A program made the position numbers and the translations under genes. Source: Methanobacteriota archaeon (GTDB lineage: Archaea; Halobacteriota; Bog-38; Methanoflorentales; Methanoflorentaceae). Taken from it: a DNA stretch of 64,000 bases. The stretch is taken from the NCBI GenBank assembly GCA_963719035.1, contig CAVRAO010000011.1:57433-121432 (forward strand), in the 5' to 3' direction. Below, piece after piece: positions 60,647-64,000 of the stretch. The notes under the pieces are model-generated. The model was not told the origin of the DNA. It did not search any database and saw nothing but the letters and a program-made list of their open reading frames with translations. How positions within the stretch are numbered: the first letter of the stretch is position 1; each line of letters opens with the position of its first letter.

Positions 60647-61506
60647 GTGCTGCGGATGGCAGCAGCGCAGATGCAGACGTTCAAGCTTCCTGCTCTCGGC
60701 GCAGCAGCGCGCTCAGCGTCCGTCGTTGGTGCACCTGCCGTGTGCGCGCAGGCTGCGAACAGTATCGACCTATTTATAAACGGTACGGACGGCGCCCTCT
60801 GGTGGGAGCATTGGGATGGCCAGACCTGGGGAACGTGGAAGTCCCTCGGCGGGCGCCTCACGTCAGACCCCGCTGCCGTGTCCCGATCTGCAGGTAAGAT
60901 CGACGTCTTTGTGCGCGGGGGCGACGGCGCCCTCTGGTCGAGGGATACCACGGACGGCGGCACCTCCTGGTGCACCTGGTACAAGATCGGCGGGCAGCTC
61001 CTAGCCGGCACCGGTCCTGCCGCATACGCCTGGGGGGATGTACGGATCGGCGTATTTGTCACCGGCACGAACAAAGCGCTCTATCACATATGGAACGACG
61101 GCGAGTGGTCCAGCTGGCAAAACCTCGGCGGAATCCTTACCTCCTCACCAGCTGCGACGGCACCGACCACCGGTGTGATTCGACGTCTCCGGGCGCGGAA
61201 GCAACGGCGCCCTCTATCAGAGGGAGTTTTCTAGCAACTGCGCTGGTCCAGCTGGACCTATCTCGGCGGGCAGCTCGCCTCCAACACCGGCCCTGCCGCC
61301 TGCTCGTGGGGCCCCGGTCGTCTCGACGTCTTGCGGACAAGGCACGAACGGCGCCCTGTAGGCATAAATCGTACAACAGCGCCTGGTCCGGCTGGGAAAC
61401 TCTTGGCGGAAAACTGACGTCGTCACCAGCGGCAGCCGCAGCGTCGGGTGGTAACAGAATCGACGCGTTTGTGCGCGGCGGCGACGGAACCTTTGTTAAA
61501 GGATAA
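60647..61506 (+). pseudogene. Trp-rich beta-propeller lectin-like repeat protein, frameshifted
   Basis: Repeats W.SLGG.LTS.PAA...IDVFVRG.DGALW spread over several frames. Confidence 0.75.
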
Positions 61507-63107
61507 GCCTGAGAACGGAGGTAGTTCCTGGTAAGTGGACTAAGATCTGGGTGGTTCTTGAGCCGTCGACCTTTTGATATTGTGAAGCCCATCAGCTTTT
61601 GAGTTGCACACATATACAACCAGATTAAGGAGTGTTTTCGTGCTTCCCTTCCTCCTTTTTATCCCTTCTTTGAAGAGTTAAAGCAGGTCCTGGGCAGTTC
61701 TTATTAGATAATAGGCAGCGAAAACTGCACTCAGCATACGTTTCCTGCACGTCCTTATCATTAAACTGCACGTAAACGGGCCGTCGTGCTTATGTTTGAA
61801 TGTCCCACACCTGCTATACGCGATGCCAACCTGTGAACAGATCTCGTGTCACGCAGAATTACATAGTGACTTATCGTTGGCGTCATCGAGAGTGAGGAAG
61901 AGCGTACCGGCCTCTTGGACTTGCGAATGGTGCGACCTGCGATGAAACGAGCGTCGTACTTTATAATCGACCGCCGGCACGTGTCCTTCCTGTCACATGA
62001 GAGCAAAGGAGGTGAAGAAGCAATGGTTTCAGAAGTTAAAACAACAGCACACGCCTCTACCCATTGCTACTTCGACTTGAACTCGGAATGCGAGTTATGA
62101 TTAACAAGTCCGGACAGCAAGGTGTGTGCAAAATGCTAGCCGACGCTTACGATGAGATCGTAAAGATATAATAACGGCATTAAAAAAGAAGGCCGTTCGA
62201 TAATCTGGCACAACTGAGCTGTCGTAGTCGACCACAGAAGCAAGTAGAGGTTTAAATTAACACGGCATGTTTGCATACGCTTCCTGCACATCTTTGTCAT
62301 TAAACTGCAGGTAGATTGCTGTTATATTGATATTAGGGTGGCCCGTGACCTGCTGCATCTGCGTATGTCAACTCCTGGACAGCACGCTGTTATGCAAACG
62401 TGCCCTTCTTTGTAACATAATAATCGCGTGTATGATGCTTTTATCATAGTAGCGGGCTCGGAACACAAATCAAAAAGAGGGGCGAATGACAATGCGGAAA
62501 ACATCGTTTAGTAGCCTTATGCTTCTGCTCCATAGGCACACTGACAGCCACTACAGGAGAAACAGCAGCGCCAACCGACGACTCATCATTCAGCGGTTCG
62601 ATATAGGGATAGGGGACTACAAATACGGCGGGGTCGCTGTTGACACGGGGACCGATCAATCGTCGCCAACGCGCATGTAGGAAAAGATCGGCAGACGAAC
62701 AGGTGACTCGAGTTGCACGAAAAGACGGGGCGAAGCCGCATTATGTAGCGATTGCACGTTCAACAGTTAATAACGGTGGACGGGTCCACTGGAGGGCACC
62801 TCACTGCAGCACAATTAACCTGGATTCACGCATATGGCGATGATGCTATCTTCTTCGTAAGAGGCAATTATTGACCGTTTTCACGGACGCAGCACTCATG
62901 CGCCTTCGGCAGAAACACCGACTTCAAACCCGACTGTACAAGCTACCTTGAAGCCAGCGAAACCAAAAGTAACGCCCGATAATGCGGCAGCCGAACTAGC
63001 TTCTTTAAAGTCGTATCTGAGTTCGCAGGGCCGTCCGTTGGTCTCCGTCCTTTTTGTTCATGCTTTTCAGCATAAGCCTTTATCATCGCAGGGAAGGAGG
63101 AAGTAAT

Positions 63108-63660
63108 ATGGTTGAACCGCGGGACAGCATTAAAATTGTAAATGTGGTTGCATCCACCAGCATTGGACAAGAAATAAATCTGAAGCAAGCAACGCTTGGG
63201 TTAGAAGGCGCAGATTACGATCCTAAACGGTTTCCGGGCGTTGTCTATCGCACCAAAGACCCGAAGACCGCTGCACTCATCTTTCGATCGGGAAAATCGT
63301 TTGCACGGGCGCAAAGAGCATCGATGACGGTATAAAGGCGTTGAAAACGTATTTCAAAGTCTAAGAAATATCGGAATCGACGTAAAGGGAACGCCGGAGA
63401 TCAAGGTACAAAACATCGTGGCGTCCGGGGATCTTCACGCAGTTTTGAACTTGAACACAATTGCCATCGGTCTCGGGCTTGAAAATATTGAGGACGAGCC
63501 GGAACAGTTTCCCGGTCTCGTTACCGGTTGTCGGACCCGAAAGTGGTGGTTCTTTTGTTCGGGTCCGGCAAACTGGTTATAACCGGCGGCCCAAAGCCCG
63601 AAGACGCGGCCAATGCGGTCGATCAAATCGTCAAGGAGCTAAAGCCTAAGCCTTCTATAA
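63108..63660 (+). CDS. tbp: TATA-box binding protein with several 1-bp frameshifts
   Basis: [54 protein letters not shown] in shifting frames. Confidence 0.9.
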
Positions 63661-64000
63661 GATACTCAGTTCCGGCCGCTCGCTGAATGGGACTCCTGGA
63701 ATCAGAGCGCTCAAAGGCACCACGGGTCGGAGAAAGAGTTCTTCCCCTACCGAAATTTCAGAAGAAGAAGATCCAAAGACAGGAGACGTGAAATCGCCCG
63801 ACAAGACACACGATTTGGGACTTTCCTAGGGATCTTCTGTAGAAACGACAGAACCACGTAGAAAAGCGATCGCTCCTTTGTGAACGGTCTGAAAAACTCG
63901 GAACTGGGAGTAACTGGTAAGTTTTGAAAAGGCGTGGGGCAAGCCTCATCGTCGGAGAGTTGCAACCTGCTTTTGCGTGGTGGGGCGAGATTTTGGAGCG

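Noticed and set aside
9271-62000. Intact provirus or conjugative element
   Set aside because: No capsid, terminase, packaging ATPase, replication or T4SS genes are recognisable.
61700-63000. Structured ncRNA or genes in the ORF-poor stretch
   Set aside because: Only short motif-less ORFs and no convincing structure by eye; a covariance-model search would be needed.

Overview
Archaeal DNA, most consistent with a Methanomicrobia/Halobacteriota-type genome (TBP, archaeal-type Asd, CCA-less tRNA-Val, GGAGGTGA ribosome-binding sites); the exact taxon cannot be fixed from sequence alone. The first ~9 kb holds an NHEJ operon (Ku, ATP-dependent ligase, fused phosphoesterase-polymerase), small repair/metal genes, asd and tRNA-Val(TAC). 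From the tRNA to ~62 kb is a mosaic accessory region. It contains a tyrosine integrase with the tRNA 3' half (att) inside its own gene, a second integrase N-terminus with a tRNA-Val(GAC)-type att, and seven copies of the integrase 3' end. About 12 copies of a ~45-bp element (GAATAGGAATWGTTAAGCC...CTTGCATAAGCGTATGCAA) sit at the starts of unrelated, mostly co-oriented lipoprotein/membrane genes in cassette-like arrays. Cargo includes a schizorhodopsin-like opsin with an unusual F-A-D motif, a photolyase, carB, prenyl genes, a pentapeptide-repeat/TIR-like protein, a Cys-rich repeat peptide and a reductase-acyl-CoA ligase/GMC operon. Many genes carry 1-bp indels, often in homopolymers, so some pseudogene calls may be sequencing errors. 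All family calls are by eye from motifs; no searches were run.
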